Shown: positions 19,930 through 30,814, numbered from the stretch's first letter. The stretch: 64,000 bases of DNA from Bacteroidales bacterium (GCA_011620595.1 WOYX01000062.1:40300-104299), one strand, 5' to 3'. Program-made: numbers and translations. The notes: generated by a model from the sequence alone, not told the origin.

Positions 19930-21699
19930 CTCTTCCGAGAACTGTCTGAGCAGTTCACGGTATGCCGAGAAGATTCTCGATTTTGAAATGAATCCGACGT
20001 AGCGACCCTGATCGAGGACAGGAAGGTTCCATGCTCCCGTGCGTTCAAAGGCCTGCAGAACGGCATCGCCCCTTTCGCGCAGGTCAATATATGAAGGTGG
20101 TATGGTCATGAGATCCCTGATGGTGACCTTATCGTACAGTTCAGGTCTGAACATCTTGTCCCGGACATCGTCAAGCAGTACAACTCCTTCGAGGATACCG
20201 TATTCATCAACCACGGGAAATATGTTGCGCTTCGACCTTGATATCTGCTTTACCAGGTCGCCAAGGTTACCCTCGGGATTGACCGTCTGCAGGTCTTTTT
20301 CCACTTCCCTGGTCCAGTCGAGCAGTACCATCACAGCCTTGTCCTTATCATGGGTTATCAGTTCCCCGCTGGCAGCCAGTTGTTCGTTATAGATGGAGTG
20401 TTTCTGGAAGCTCCTGGCTGTGACGAAGGCGATGGTTGATGTGATAATCAGTGGTATCAGCAACCCGTAGCCTTCCGTTATCTCCGCAATAAGAAAGATA
20501 GCCGTCAGGGGGGCGTGCAGCACGGCGGCAAAGACTCCGGCCATCGCTGTCAGGGTAAAGCTGCTTTCTACGAGTGAGAGTCCGAACAGGTGGTTCGTAA
20601 CGCTGCTGAATAAATAACCTGCCACTGCCCCGGTGAAGAGTACCGGGGCGACCACTCCTCCCACACCTCCGGCGCCGTTGGTTGAGGCTGTGGCCACCAC
20701 CTTAAGCAGCAGCAGCAGCGCCATCAGCACCGCAAAAACCCAGAAACTGGAAGTCTCAATCCCGAACAGGCCGTGTCCCGGCAAGCTACCTCCGTCAGCC
20801 TCCAGAAGCTTCATAACAGCATCATACCCTTCGCCGTAGAGTGCCGGCATGAAGAAGATCAGTACACCCAGGATTATTCCTCCTGTCAGCATCCGGACCC
20901 AGCTATTCGCTATCTTCCTGTAAAGCTTCTCAATGGCCATATTCACTCTGGTGAAATAGAGTCCCGCAAGTCCGCAGAAGAGACCCAGTATTAGATACCA
21001 TGGCAGTTCGCTGAGCAGGAAGCTCTCATTCACCTGAAATGATAAAAGCACATTGTCACCCATAAAGAAGTAGGCGACAGTGGCGGCAGTGACCGATGAG
21101 ATCAGCAGTGGTACTATTGAAGACATTGTCAGGTCAAGCATCAGCACCTCAAGTGTGAAAAGAATTCCCCCGATGGGAGCCTTGAAGATACCCGAGATGG
21201 CTCCTGCGGCGCCGCATCCAAGCAGCAGTGTCACATACTTATAATTCAGGTTGAAGTATCGACCTATATTTGAGCCTATTGAAGCACCGGTAAGAACGAT
21301 GGGGGCCTCTGCTCCCACCGATCCTCCGAAACCTATGGTCAGAGAGCTGGCAAGGATAGAAGACCAGCTGTTGTGACTCCGGATATAGCTCTTGCGCCTT
21401 GAGATGGCGTAGAGGACCCTGCTGACACCGTGAGAGATGTTGTCCCTTACCAGGTATTTGACTGTCAGAACGGTAAGAAATATCCCAAAGAGAGGGTAAG
21501 CTATTGACAGCACCCCTCCTGCACCTCTCATAACACCCTGTGTAAAAAGCAAATGGGTGAAATGAATTGCATTCTTTATTGCCACCGCAGCAATAGCACT
21601 CACCAGCCCGACAACGAAACTGAGCAGATAGATCAGGGTCTGCTGATCGGCAAAAAGTGATTTAATGTACTGTATTTGCTTGGTAAACAAAGCGTTCAA
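19927..21699 (-). CDS. ClC-family chloride channel/antiporter with tandem CBS domains (probable TTG start)
   Basis: [36 protein letters not shown] motifs and C-terminal CBS pair; promoter element at 21734-21741 puts the start at TTG 21699 or 21690. Confidence 0.85.
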   Translation of the reverse strand: MNALFTKQIQYIKSLFADQQTLIYLLSFVVGLVSAIAAVAIKNAIHFTHLLFTQGVMRGAGGVLSIAYPLFGIFLTVLTVKYLVRDNISHGVSRVLYAISRRKSYIRSHNSWSSILASSLTIGFGGSVGAEAPIVLTGASIGSNIGRYFNLNYKYVTLLLGCGAAGAISGIFKAPIGGILFTLEVLMLDLTMSSIVPLLISSVTAATVAYFFMGDNVLLSFQVNESFLLSELPWYLILGLFCGLAGLYFTRVNMAIEKLYRKIANSWVRMLTGGIILGVLIFFMPALYGEGYDAVMKLLEADGGSLPGHGLFGIETSSFWVFAVLMALLLLLKVVATASTNGAGGVGGVVAPVLFTGAVAGYLFSSVTNHLFGLSLVESSFTLTAMAGVFAAVLHAPLTAIFLIAEITEGYGLLIPLIITSTIAFVTARSFQKHSIYNEQLAASGELITHDKDKAVMVLLDWTREVEKDLQTVNPEGNLGDLVKQISRSKRNIFPVVDEYGILEGVVLLDDVRDKMFRPELYDKVTIRDLMTIPPSYIDLRERGDAVLQAFERTGAWNLPVLDQGRYVGFISKSRIFSAYRELLRQFSEE

Positions 21700-21733
21700 G
21701 GCAGATAGATTATATAAAACTGCATAATGCTCA

Positions 21734-21741
21734 CAAATATA
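21734..21741 (-). promoter_or_regulatory. Bacteroidota sigmaA -7 element for the ClC gene
   Basis: TATATTTG on the minus strand, in the divergent gap between the ClC gene and the M16 peptidase gene. Confidence 0.5.
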
Positions 21742-21795
21742 AAATAATTTGAGGAGCGGAGGTTTATTTTGGTAAGTTTGGGATATTTTGCCTTT

Positions 21796-23037
21796 ATGAT
21801 CAGATTTGAACGGCATACGCTTGAGAACGGATTGAGGGTTATTGCTCACCGTGACGAGGGCACTCCGATGGTGACCGCCAACATGCTGTATGACGTTGGT
21901 GCCAGGGATGAGGATCCGGAATCAACGGGGCTGGCCCATCTGTTTGAGCATCTGATGTTTGAAGGCACCCGTGAGGTGCCCATGTTTGATATGCCTGTGA
22001 TGATGGCCGGAGGAGAGAACAACGCCTTCACCAACAATGACTTTACCAACTACTACATAACGCTGCCGGTCAACAATCTCGAAACTGCGCTCTGGCTGGA
22101 GGCCGACAGGATGACGGGCCTGGATCTCTCAGAAGAGAGGATTACAACACAGAAGAGCGTAGTGATTGAGGAGTTCCGTCAGCGATACCTGAACCAGCCC
22201 TACGGTGATCTCCTCCTGCTGCTCAGGCCGCTTGCATACAGGGTTCATCCCTACCGGTGGCCGGCTATAGGCATGGATATAAGTCATATAGAGAAGGCTG
22301 ACACCATCTCTGCCAGGAAGTTTTACAGGAAATTCTACACTCCGTCAAATGCTGTTCTTTCCGTTGCCGGTAACGTTACGCCCGGGGAGGTGTTCCGTCT
22401 TGCTGAAAAATGGTTCGGAGACAAGCCGAAGGCACCGCGTCGGCGGAGACGACTGCCTGCCGAGCCTGTCCAGAACGAACGCAGGGAGATAACCGTAAGG
22501 AGAAGGGTACCATCAGCCCAGCTTATCATGGCCTGGCATACGGATGGAAGAAACAGCAGGGACTTCATCGTGCTGGACATGCTCACCGACATCCTGGCAG
22601 GATGTGAGTCAGCCCGTTTCCCGGCTCTGTTGGTGCGGGAGAGAGAGATTTTCACAGAGGCTGACATATATCTGTCAGGTGAGATTGACCCCGGGCTGGT
22701 CCTGTTCAGCGGCAAGCTCAGGAACGGCACAGATATCCGCAAGGCCGAAAAGGCGGTGGAGCAGGAGCTCCGCAGGCTGTCCGCATATCCTGTTACTGAC
22801 GCGGAGCTTGACAAGGCACGCAACCGGTATGAGTCGCTCAGGCTGATCTCCCATCTCAGCGCATCGAACAAAGCCTTCAACCTGGCGCTTCACGAACTAC
22901 TGGGTGATGCAGAAGGAATCAACAGGGAGAAAGAGAGATATCTGAGTGTTACGGCCTCGGAAATGGCTGAGACAGCGGCCCGCACCTTTCTTCCCGGAAA
23001 CTGCAGTGTTATTCATTATATTCCGGAAGCACAATGA
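21796..23037 (+). CDS. M16 family zinc metallopeptidase, catalytic subunit
   Basis: GLAHLFEHLMFEG (HXXEH), NAFT..D.TNY, LWLEADRM, HPYRWPAIG; ATG at 21796. Confidence 0.92.
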   Translation: MIRFERHTLENGLRVIAHRDEGTPMVTANMLYDVGARDEDPESTGLAHLFEHLMFEGTREVPMFDMPVMMAGGENNAFTNNDFTNYYITLPVNNLETALWLEADRMTGLDLSEERITTQKSVVIEEFRQRYLNQPYGDLLLLLRPLAYRVHPYRWPAIGMDISHIEKADTISARKFYRKFYTPSNAVLSVAGNVTPGEVFRLAEKWFGDKPKAPRRRRRLPAEPVQNERREITVRRRVPSAQLIMAWHTDGRNSRDFIVLDMLTDILAGCESARFPALLVREREIFTEADIYLSGEIDPGLVLFSGKLRNGTDIRKAEKAVEQELRRLSAYPVTDAELDKARNRYESLRLISHLSASNKAFNLALHELLGDAEGINREKERYLSVTASEMAETAARTFLPGNCSVIHYIPEAQ

Positions 23038-24320
23038 AGGAGACGATTACAGGGCGGCCTCCCAAAATAAACATTCCTTCGGCAGGTGACACTTCGTTTC
23101 CTCCATGTATCAGGCTGAGCAACGGCCTGCCTGTATACCTGATCGGCAACGGTCCGGAGGGTCTGTTGAGGATTGAGTTTGTCTTCAATGCCGGACAACG
23201 AATGGAGAAGATTCACCTTGCCTCTGCAGCAACCAACGCCATGCTTACCGAGGGTACTGAGTTGCATGACGCCGCTTCGATAAATAATCTTATTGATGCC
23301 ACCGGTGCATTGTTCAGTCATACTGCCGACAAGGATTCTGCAGGACTGGTAACCGTCACGCTGACAAGAAAGCTCGACGAGGTGATCTCCCTGGCAGAGG
23401 AGGTTTTGTTCCATCCATCCTTCCCGGAAAGGGAGTTCCGCATGATGAAGGAGAAGAGGATGCAGGCTTTTCTTACCGGAAGGCAGAGAACCGCGGTCAG
23501 AGCCAGGGAGGAGTTTTACCGTGCGCTGTGCGGTGATACGAATCCTTACGGCAGGGTAACTTGTGCAGAAGATTATGATTCGCTGACCACTTCACACCTC
23601 CGTGACTTCCATGCAGCCCTTTACATTCCGGGAAACATGTACATTACCGTTGCCGGTCGAAACCCGGAACAGGCCCTCCCCCTGCTTGAGAACCGTTTTG
23701 CCGGAGAGGGTAAAAGTCAATGGAGCAAGCCTGTGATCTCTCCCATGGAATTCGCGACGGCCAGTCCGGGTTTAATCTTCTGCGAGGTAAAAGACTCCGT
23801 TCAGAGCACGGTGAGAATGGGTTGGAAGGGCATAACACGGGATCACCCTGATTACCTGGGACTGCAGGTTGCCACCATGCTTCTCGGAGGGTATTTTGGT
23901 TCAAGGCTGATGCGAAAAATCAGGGAGGAGAAGGGTTACACATATGGGATACATGCTGTCGCAGGCGCTTTCCATGGCATCGGCTACATCGTCATTATGA
24001 CCGATGTTGCCACCGGCTGGCGCGAGGAGACTCTCGGGGAAATAAGGAAGGAGATAGCCAGACTGCAGGAAGAAGATGTGAGCAACGATGAACTTCTGGT
24101 TGTCAGAAACCACACCATGGGTGAGATAGCCAGGATGTTTGACGGCCCCTTCTCGGTGGCTGAAGCAATAAAGGGCATTGTGGACTACGATGCCGGACAT
24201 GACTATTATGAGAAGTTTGTGGAAACTGTCAACAACATTACCCCCGGTAAAATAAAGGAGCTGTTCAACACGTACTTCAGAAGTGACCAGGCCTACGAAA
24301 TAATAGCCGGAATAACATGA
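23034..24320 (+). CDS. M16 family peptidase, non-catalytic partner subunit
   Basis: Lacks HXXEH; has LLGGYFGSRLM..IREEKGYTYGI; ATGA overlap with the upstream gene. Confidence 0.88.
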   Translation: MKETITGRPPKINIPSAGDTSFPPCIRLSNGLPVYLIGNGPEGLLRIEFVFNAGQRMEKIHLASAATNAMLTEGTELHDAASINNLIDATGALFSHTADKDSAGLVTVTLTRKLDEVISLAEEVLFHPSFPEREFRMMKEKRMQAFLTGRQRTAVRAREEFYRALCGDTNPYGRVTCAEDYDSLTTSHLRDFHAALYIPGNMYITVAGRNPEQALPLLENRFAGEGKSQWSKPVISPMEFATASPGLIFCEVKDSVQSTVRMGWKGITRDHPDYLGLQVATMLLGGYFGSRLMRKIREEKGYTYGIHAVAGAFHGIGYIVIMTDVATGWREETLGEIRKEIARLQEEDVSNDELLVVRNHTMGEIARMFDGPFSVAEAIKGIVDYDAGHDYYEKFVETVNNITPGKIKELFNTYFRSDQAYEIIAGIT

Positions 24321-25789
24321 AACAGATCCCCAGACTGGCACTGTTGGCATCTCTCATTTTTGTAGTGCCGGTGCTTCAAGGGCAGCAGGACAGCATACTG
24401 CCGGCAGTGCCTGTGCCGGAGAGTGTCACCGTTAACCCGTATAACGGAAGCAGCACCATCAGGTGGATCCCGTCCGTGTCAACCGATGTGGAACGATACA
24501 TCATATATGCTTCAGACCTTCTTTACGGATTTCTTGCCATAGACAGTGTCGCGGCATCACATATTCCGGAGTATGTGCATGCAAACTCATTCGCACGTTA
24601 CAGAAGCACAGGTTACAGTGTCGCTGCCAGGGACTCCTCAGGTAACCGGAGTCCGATGAGCGAGCCGTTGTGGACTGTTTACCTCTCAGCAGCGAATGAC
24701 AGCTGTAACAGCCGCATCAATCTTTCATGGACTCCCCACGACAATGCCAGGCATCCTTCAGATCACTATGAACTGTGGGTCTCGGTAGCACAGGATTCTG
24801 TTTATAACTACCTTACGCTCGCTAAAACGGACACTTCCTGTATTTTTCGTGATTATCTTCCCGGCACCCGCTATTGTTTCTTCATTACTGCCACCAATGA
24901 AGATGGAGCCTTTTCCTCGTCATCCAACAGGCAGTGCATCACTACAGGTATTGAAACAGCCCCCGGATGGCTGCGTCTTGAAGCAATTTCTGTTGAGGGC
25001 GGCAGACTGGTCATCACAGGGAGCTATGACCTTGAGAGCACCATGGATGACTTTGTCCTGCTGCGTTTTGATGAAGGAATATCCGGATGGTCTCAGTGTG
25101 GAACGGCTACCGGTTTTGACGGCACTGTCTCCTTTGCGCTCTCTGATGCTGACACCGACAGGGTCACTCCTTACGTCCTGGCAGTGCTTAACAGCTGCGG
25201 CATCCCCGCGGACAGTTCGCTGCCGGGCAGGAACATCGTTCTGACCTCAATGAAGAGAGGCACAGAGGTCGATCTGCGATGGAACAGGCCGGGCTTCTCG
25301 TCTGCTCCTTTGTTTTCCGTATGGCGCGACAGGGGCTACGGCTGGGAGGAGACATCCGGCGGATTGACAGACACGGTTTGGTCTGACGATCTCTCCCTTT
25401 TCGCAGGGAGTGTCACATCTGCCTGCGTCGCATACCATGTGACTGCTACTCATGCCGGGTCTCCGCCCGGCACACCTGCTTCAGGGTCAAACGTGATCCT
25501 TGTCCCGTTGACCTGGGAAACTTACATGCCCAATGCCTTCACTCCTGACGGTGACGGGCTCAATGACCTCTTCATGCCTGCTCTCTCCTTCCTGCCAGTA
25601 GAGTATGAGTTCAGCATCTATACCCGCAGCGGGGTTCTATTATTCCGGACTGCTGATCACGGTGAGGGATGGAACGGCCGTCACAATGGAAAGCTGATGC
25701 CATCGGGGGTCTACCTCTGGAGCCTGAGGCTTACGACACCGTCAGGGCAGACTGAGGCAAGAAGAGGTACGGTAACTATACTGCCCTGA
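24317..25789 (+). CDS. T9SS substrate with FN3-like repeats and type-B (gliding motility-associated) C-terminal domain
   Basis: Signal peptide; YSVAARDSSGNRS FN3-like strands; C-terminal MPNAFTPDGDGLNDLF..IYTRSG..F..WNG..GVY..GTVTIL. Confidence 0.85.
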   Translation: MKQIPRLALLASLIFVVPVLQGQQDSILPAVPVPESVTVNPYNGSSTIRWIPSVSTDVERYIIYASDLLYGFLAIDSVAASHIPEYVHANSFARYRSTGYSVAARDSSGNRSPMSEPLWTVYLSAANDSCNSRINLSWTPHDNARHPSDHYELWVSVAQDSVYNYLTLAKTDTSCIFRDYLPGTRYCFFITATNEDGAFSSSSNRQCITTGIETAPGWLRLEAISVEGGRLVITGSYDLESTMDDFVLLRFDEGISGWSQCGTATGFDGTVSFALSDADTDRVTPYVLAVLNSCGIPADSSLPGRNIVLTSMKRGTEVDLRWNRPGFSSAPLFSVWRDRGYGWEETSGGLTDTVWSDDLSLFAGSVTSACVAYHVTATHAGSPPGTPASGSNVILVPLTWETYMPNAFTPDGDGLNDLFMPALSFLPVEYEFSIYTRSGVLLFRTADHGEGWNGRHNGKLMPSGVYLWSLRLTTPSGQTEARRGTVTILP

Positions 25790-25818
25790 TCATTAAAGAA
25801 TAAATGACCCGATTTTCA

Positions 25819-25826
25819 TATCTTTG
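25819..25826 (+). promoter_or_regulatory. Bacteroidota sigmaA -7 element for relA/spoT
   Basis: TATCTTTG about 25 bp upstream of ATG 25851. Confidence 0.5.
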
Positions 25827-25850
25827 TTCTTCCTTTGGGGCAGGTTAGTG

Positions 25851-28112
25851 ATGGGTAAGACAAAATCAAACATATTTACCGCGGAAGATATCAGCCAGAT
25901 TGAGGGTGAGTACAAACTCCTTTCTGACAATCTTTACAGGTGTGACAGTCCCGGAGACAGGGAGTTGATAGATAAGGCCTTCAATTTTGCCAATGAGGCA
26001 CACCGTGACATGTACCGCAACTCGGGAGAGCCGTACATAATCCATCCCATTCATGTAGCGCGTATCGTGAATCAGGAGATGGGGCTTGGAGCAAAGTCGG
26101 TAGCGGCGGCGCTGCTGCATGATGTGGTTGAGGATACCGGCGTGCCCCTGGAGGAGATACGCAGGGAGTTCGGCCCCAAGATAGCTTCCCTGATTGACGG
26201 TCTGACTAAGATCTCGGGCACCTACAACAAGGAGACAAACTCCCTGCAGGCTGAGAACTTCCGGAAGATGCTGATGACCCTTTCCGACGATATCAGGGTC
26301 ATTCTCATAAAGATAGCTGACAGACTGCATAATATGCGCACTCTCGACTCGATGCCGGAATACAAGAAGATGAAGGTCGCCGGTGAGACTATATACCTCT
26401 ATGCACCTCTTGCGCACCGTCTGGGACTCTTTGCCATCAAGACAGAGCTTGAGGATTTAAGTTTCAAGTACAGGCATCCGCGTATCTATGATGAGATAGC
26501 CCACAAGGTCAAGATGGATGAGAAGAAGAACCTCGCCCTCATCAACAGGTTCAGTCTGCCCATCATTGAGGAGCTCAACAACAATGACATCATCTTTGAT
26601 ATCTCCGGCAGGTTCAAGTCGATATACTCCATCTGGAAGAAGATGCAGTCGAAAAACATCCCTTTTGAGGAGGTTTATGATCTGCTGGCTGTCAGGATTG
26701 TCTTTGAGCCCGGGCCCGAGATGAGTGAAAGGGCGCAGTGCTGGCAGATATATTCACTTATAACGGATATCTACACTCCTAAGCCTGACAGGCTCCGTGA
26801 CTGGATCAGCAGGCCTAAGTCGAACGGTTATGAAGCCCTTCACCTGACGGTTATGGGGCCGGAGGGACGGTGGGTGGAGGTACAGATACGCAGTCAGCGT
26901 ATGGATGACATCGCGGAGCGCGGGTTTGCAGCCCACTGGAAGTACAAGGGCGACATACTGCAGACGGAGAGCGAGCTTGATAAATGGCTCAAGCACATAC
27001 GTGAGATGCTGTCAAACCCCATGTCTGATCCGCTGACTTTCCTTGATGAGTTCAAGATGAGTCTCTTTTCTTCGGAGATAATGGTCTTCACGCCCAAGGG
27101 CCTGCTGGTCAATCTTCCGAAAGGGGCTTCGGCCCTTGATTTCGCCTATGAGATTCACACTGACATAGGCAACAAGGCCATCGGAGCAAAGGTCAACTAC
27201 AAGCTATCCCCTCTCTCTACTACGCTTCAGAGCGGGGATCAGGTGGAGATTATCACCTCTAACATAGCCAAGCCCGAGAAGGAGTGGCTCGAGTATGCCC
27301 ACACGGCAAAAGCCAGGAATAGCATCAAGGATGCCCTCAGAGATGAGTCTACTGACCGCATCCGGAAGGGACGGGAGATGCTGGAGACCAAACTGGGTGA
27401 GCTTGGCATCATGCCCAACTCGGATATCATCAAGAAGATGCTTGACTACTATGAGCTGCTCAGCAAGGACGAACTTTACTCACGCATAGGGCTGGGCCTG
27501 ATAAATCCCGACGAGTTGCCCAAGGTGCTCAAAAAGGTACCTGAAGGCAGTCTTAAGAAATACTGGAAGCTGGCCATCGGAGGAGTGACACGCAAGAGTT
27601 CCGGGGAGAAGGAGACACCTTCACTGAACGGTACAATCGACAAAAGCCATCCTTACCTGTTGCGTGAAGATGTTGACAACAGCGGAGAATCCTACCGCAT
27701 TGCCGAATGCTGCAATCCCATCCCGGGAGATGAGGTTGTCGGGTATATTGACCCCTCCAATGCCATCATCGTCCACAAACCAAAATGCCCGACAGCGGTG
27801 AAGCTTATGTCAAGCGAGGGCAACCGGATCATCCAGGTAAGGTGGACCATGCACAAGATAGCCTCATTTCTTGCGCGGGTAAGCATCAACGGCATTGACC
27901 GGATAGGGCTCATCAATGAGGTAACCAATATTATCTCCACTGAGCTCAATGTAAACATACGGAACATCAATGTATCGGTTTACGACGGCATCTTCGAAGG
28001 CACCCTCGACCTTTACGTGCATCATACACGGGACCTCAACAATCTCATAATGCAGCTGTCAAACGTCAAGGGCATCGCCAGTGTGAAGAGGATCGAAGAA
28101 TTCATTGAATAA
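25851..28112 (+). CDS. relA: Bifunctional (p)ppGpp synthetase/hydrolase (long RSH)
   Basis: R.SGEPYI.HP, LLHDVVED hydrolase motif, EVQIRS synthetase motif, TGS, CCNPIPGD and ACT domains. Confidence 0.95.
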   Translation: MGKTKSNIFTAEDISQIEGEYKLLSDNLYRCDSPGDRELIDKAFNFANEAHRDMYRNSGEPYIIHPIHVARIVNQEMGLGAKSVAAALLHDVVEDTGVPLEEIRREFGPKIASLIDGLTKISGTYNKETNSLQAENFRKMLMTLSDDIRVILIKIADRLHNMRTLDSMPEYKKMKVAGETIYLYAPLAHRLGLFAIKTELEDLSFKYRHPRIYDEIAHKVKMDEKKNLALINRFSLPIIEELNNNDIIFDISGRFKSIYSIWKKMQSKNIPFEEVYDLLAVRIVFEPGPEMSERAQCWQIYSLITDIYTPKPDRLRDWISRPKSNGYEALHLTVMGPEGRWVEVQIRSQRMDDIAERGFAAHWKYKGDILQTESELDKWLKHIREMLSNPMSDPLTFLDEFKMSLFSSEIMVFTPKGLLVNLPKGASALDFAYEIHTDIGNKAIGAKVNYKLSPLSTTLQSGDQVEIITSNIAKPEKEWLEYAHTAKARNSIKDALRDESTDRIRKGREMLETKLGELGIMPNSDIIKKMLDYYELLSKDELYSRIGLGLINPDELPKVLKKVPEGSLKKYWKLAIGGVTRKSSGEKETPSLNGTIDKSHPYLLREDVDNSGESYRIAECCNPIPGDEVVGYIDPSNAIIVHKPKCPTAVKLMSSEGNRIIQVRWTMHKIASFLARVSINGIDRIGLINEVTNIISTELNVNIRNINVSVYDGIFEGTLDLYVHHTRDLNNLIMQLSNVKGIASVKRIEEFIE

Positions 28113-28142
28113 GAGTGTCAGACACAAATAAAGCATCATGCA

Positions 28143-28616
28143 ATGTCGAATGAAGATGCCAGAGTGATAGTCAAACAGGTTTTTACTGAATATCTTGGCA
28201 GCCGCTCACTACGAAAGACCCCTGAGCGGTTTGCCATCCTTGATGAGATCTACTCACACGAAGGTCATTTTGATATCGAGTCGCTCTTCAACTTCATGAA
28301 GAACAAAAACTACCGCGTGTCGAGGGCCACACTCTACAATACCATTGATCTGCTTATAGACAGCAGGCTGGTGAGCAAACACAAGTTTGGGCGCAGCCAG
28401 GCACAGTATGAAAAGACCTTCCGCACAGGGCAGCATGATCATATCATTGATACCGAGACGGGAAAGGTTATTGAATTCAGTGATCCGAGGATAAACGATA
28501 TAATAAAAAATGCATGTGAGGAGAATTCGTTCATTCTCCATCACTATGCACTCTATGTATTCGGGATTCCCGACAAATCCAGGAGGCAGAAGGGCCGGAC
28601 CGGTGAGAACGGCTGA
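28143..28616 (+). CDS. fur: Fur-family transcriptional regulator
   Basis: [32 protein letters not shown]; upstream of purA as in many Bacteroidota. Confidence 0.88.
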   Translation: MSNEDARVIVKQVFTEYLGSRSLRKTPERFAILDEIYSHEGHFDIESLFNFMKNKNYRVSRATLYNTIDLLIDSRLVSKHKFGRSQAQYEKTFRTGQHDHIIDTETGKVIEFSDPRINDIIKNACEENSFILHHYALYVFGIPDKSRRQKGRTGENG

Positions 28617-28653
28617 ACCTGTCCGGATCCCGGGACATCAGTCTGAAGCTCTT

Positions 28654-28830
28654 TCAGAAGGCGTAGCAAATGTAAAGCCGAATGGAACACTTACTGTAAA
28701 CTTATTGGTAAGATTGAGGTCATCAAGCCAATTCTCCATTTCTCCTTCGGGTGTCTCATAGCTCGTTTTCCTGACTCCCAGGCCGGTGTAAATCTCAAGG
28801 GCAAATCCGCCCTTTGTAATCACATTGCCT
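28654..28830 (-). pseudogene. C-terminal remnant of an outer-membrane beta-barrel protein
   Basis: ITKGGFALEIYTGLGVR...VSVPFGFTF amphipathic strands; restoring one base gives a canonical terminal beta-signal GFTFGYAF* (TGA at 28654). Confidence 0.5.
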
Positions 28831-28931
28831 GCTTCGCCTGCCGGAATTGTCAACAATCGTCTCCTGAGAGCCCATAACCATGATTTATTTTGTAAATTGA
28901 GCCAGTTCTCAAAACAGGATTACAGAGAGAG

Positions 28932-30194
28932 ATGAAGATAGACATATTGCTCGGCCTCCAGTGGGGAGATGAGGGTAAGGGAAAGATTGTAGATGCGCTG
29001 ACACCTGATTATGATATTGTTGCGCGGTTCCAGGGCGGGCCCAACGCCGGCCACACCATTGAATTCAACAACACGAAGCATATATTGCACCTGATACCTT
29101 CAGGTATCTTTCATGAGGGTAAGACCAACGTCATCGGCAACGGGCTGGTCATTGACCCTGTAGTCTTCAGGCACGAGGTAGAGAGTCTCGGTATTGACGT
29201 TGCCCGGGTGCGTGAACGGCTTCTGATCTCGGTAAAGGCCCATATGATCCTTCCCACGCACAAGCTGCTTGATGCAGCCCATGAGGCCTCTCTTGGTGAA
29301 TTGAAAATCGGTTCCACTCTCAGGGGCATAGGGCCGGCATATACTGACAAGGCATCCCGAAACGGGCTGAGGGTTGGTGATCTCTTCAGGAGAGAATTCA
29401 GGGAGATATACAACTCACGGGTTAAGGAGCATACAAGAACGTTGAAAGGGTACGGTTACTGCAATGATCTGCGTGCGCTGGAGGAGGAGTGGTTTGATTC
29501 GGTTGAATATCTTAGGCAGTTCAGCACGATCAACGCCGACTATTATCTTCATAAGAGTCTTCTGAGAGGCAAGCGCATACTTGCAGAGGGGGCCCAGGGA
29601 ACGATGCTCGACATTGATTTCGGCACCTATCCTTTTGTCACATCTTCCAACACCGTGGCTGCCGGGGCATGTACGGGGCTGGGCATGGCTCCCTCCCGCA
29701 CCGGGGAGGTCTTCGGCATCTTCAAGGCCTACTGCACCAGGGTGGGAAGCGGACCCTTCCCTACTGAACTGGATGATGAATACGGACAGATGATGCGTGA
29801 CCGCGGCAACGAATACGGCTCAACAACCGGGAGGCCGAGGCGATGCGGATGGCTTGACCTGCCGGCGCTGAAATATGCCATTATGGTCAACGGCGTTACA
29901 CGGCTCTTCATGATGAAGGCTGATGTGCTCTCAGGCTTTGATGAGATCAGGGTATGCCGTTCATACCAGGTCAGCGGCGCCGAGGTTACTGAATTGCCGT
30001 ACTGTCTTGGAGATATTGAGGGACTCAACTACCAGTCGTTTCCGGGATGGCAGAATGACATCTCCGGCTGTCTTGAGTGGACGGCTGTCCCCGCGGCTCT
30101 GAAAGGTTATGTGGAGTATATTGAGAAAGAGACCGGAGTGCCGGTAACGATCGTCTCCGTCGGTCCCGACAGGTCAGCCACAATTTACAGATAG
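28932..30194 (+). CDS. purA: Adenylosuccinate synthetase
   Basis: GLQWGDEGKGK, RFQGGPNAGHT, EGAQG..LDIDFGTYPFVTSS, TTGRPRRCGW. Confidence 0.97.
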   Translation: MKIDILLGLQWGDEGKGKIVDALTPDYDIVARFQGGPNAGHTIEFNNTKHILHLIPSGIFHEGKTNVIGNGLVIDPVVFRHEVESLGIDVARVRERLLISVKAHMILPTHKLLDAAHEASLGELKIGSTLRGIGPAYTDKASRNGLRVGDLFRREFREIYNSRVKEHTRTLKGYGYCNDLRALEEEWFDSVEYLRQFSTINADYYLHKSLLRGKRILAEGAQGTMLDIDFGTYPFVTSSNTVAAGACTGLGMAPSRTGEVFGIFKAYCTRVGSGPFPTELDDEYGQMMRDRGNEYGSTTGRPRRCGWLDLPALKYAIMVNGVTRLFMMKADVLSGFDEIRVCRSYQVSGAEVTELPYCLGDIEGLNYQSFPGWQNDISGCLEWTAVPAALKGYVEYIEKETGVPVTIVSVGPDRSATIYR

Positions 30195-30198
30195 CCCT

Positions 30199-30669
30199 TT
30201 ATTCCCTGCTGTAGACCCAGGCTTCACCATTGATATTATCCTGTATTCCGGGCAGTGCGTTCCAGGCCTCCCGTATGGTGGCAAACGACTTGGCTGATAC
30301 CAGGCTCCACCTGCCTCCATTCATGGGAACAATCATGGCATCATAGCCAAAGCTGCGGATATGTTCGAGCCACGCATCAGCATATGAAGGTGTGAGGAAA
30401 CTGCCAACGATGACATGAAACCGTGAATACTCAAGTTCCCGCTGCTGTTCCGCAAGAGCCAGCTCAGCCTGACGCTGACGTTCTGCCTCGGCCTGCTTTT
30501 CATTGGCAACCCGGATGGAATCAGCTACACGGAACGCCTCCTGCTGCCGCCTCAGAGCCTCTGCCTCCCTTGCCTTCTTCTTCCCGAAAGGATTTATGCT
30601 TTTCATGAAATCACATGACGGGGTGAGAAGCAGTATCGCTGCAAGTATCACCATGGGGATTCTCTTCAT
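30199..30669 (-). CDS. SPOR-domain lipoprotein
   Basis: Lipobox-like TPSC; coiled linker; FHVIVGSF...A...AWV SPOR signature. Confidence 0.8.
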   Translation of the reverse strand: MKRIPMVILAAILLLTPSCDFMKSINPFGKKKAREAEALRRQQEAFRVADSIRVANEKQAEAERQRQAELALAEQQRELEYSRFHVIVGSFLTPSYADAWLEHIRSFGYDAMIVPMNGGRWSLVSAKSFATIREAWNALPGIQDNINGEAWVYSRE

Positions 30670-30814
30670 AAACTGCAGTTTTTCATTATAATAGGCTGTA
30701 AAGGTATGGATTTGACCTCAAATATGCAATGAAATTGAATTAAACGTATCTCCGGACGACAATTCTTGTCTATATTAGATCGCGATTTTAAGTCCCATAA
30801 AAAGCATAAAGCAG

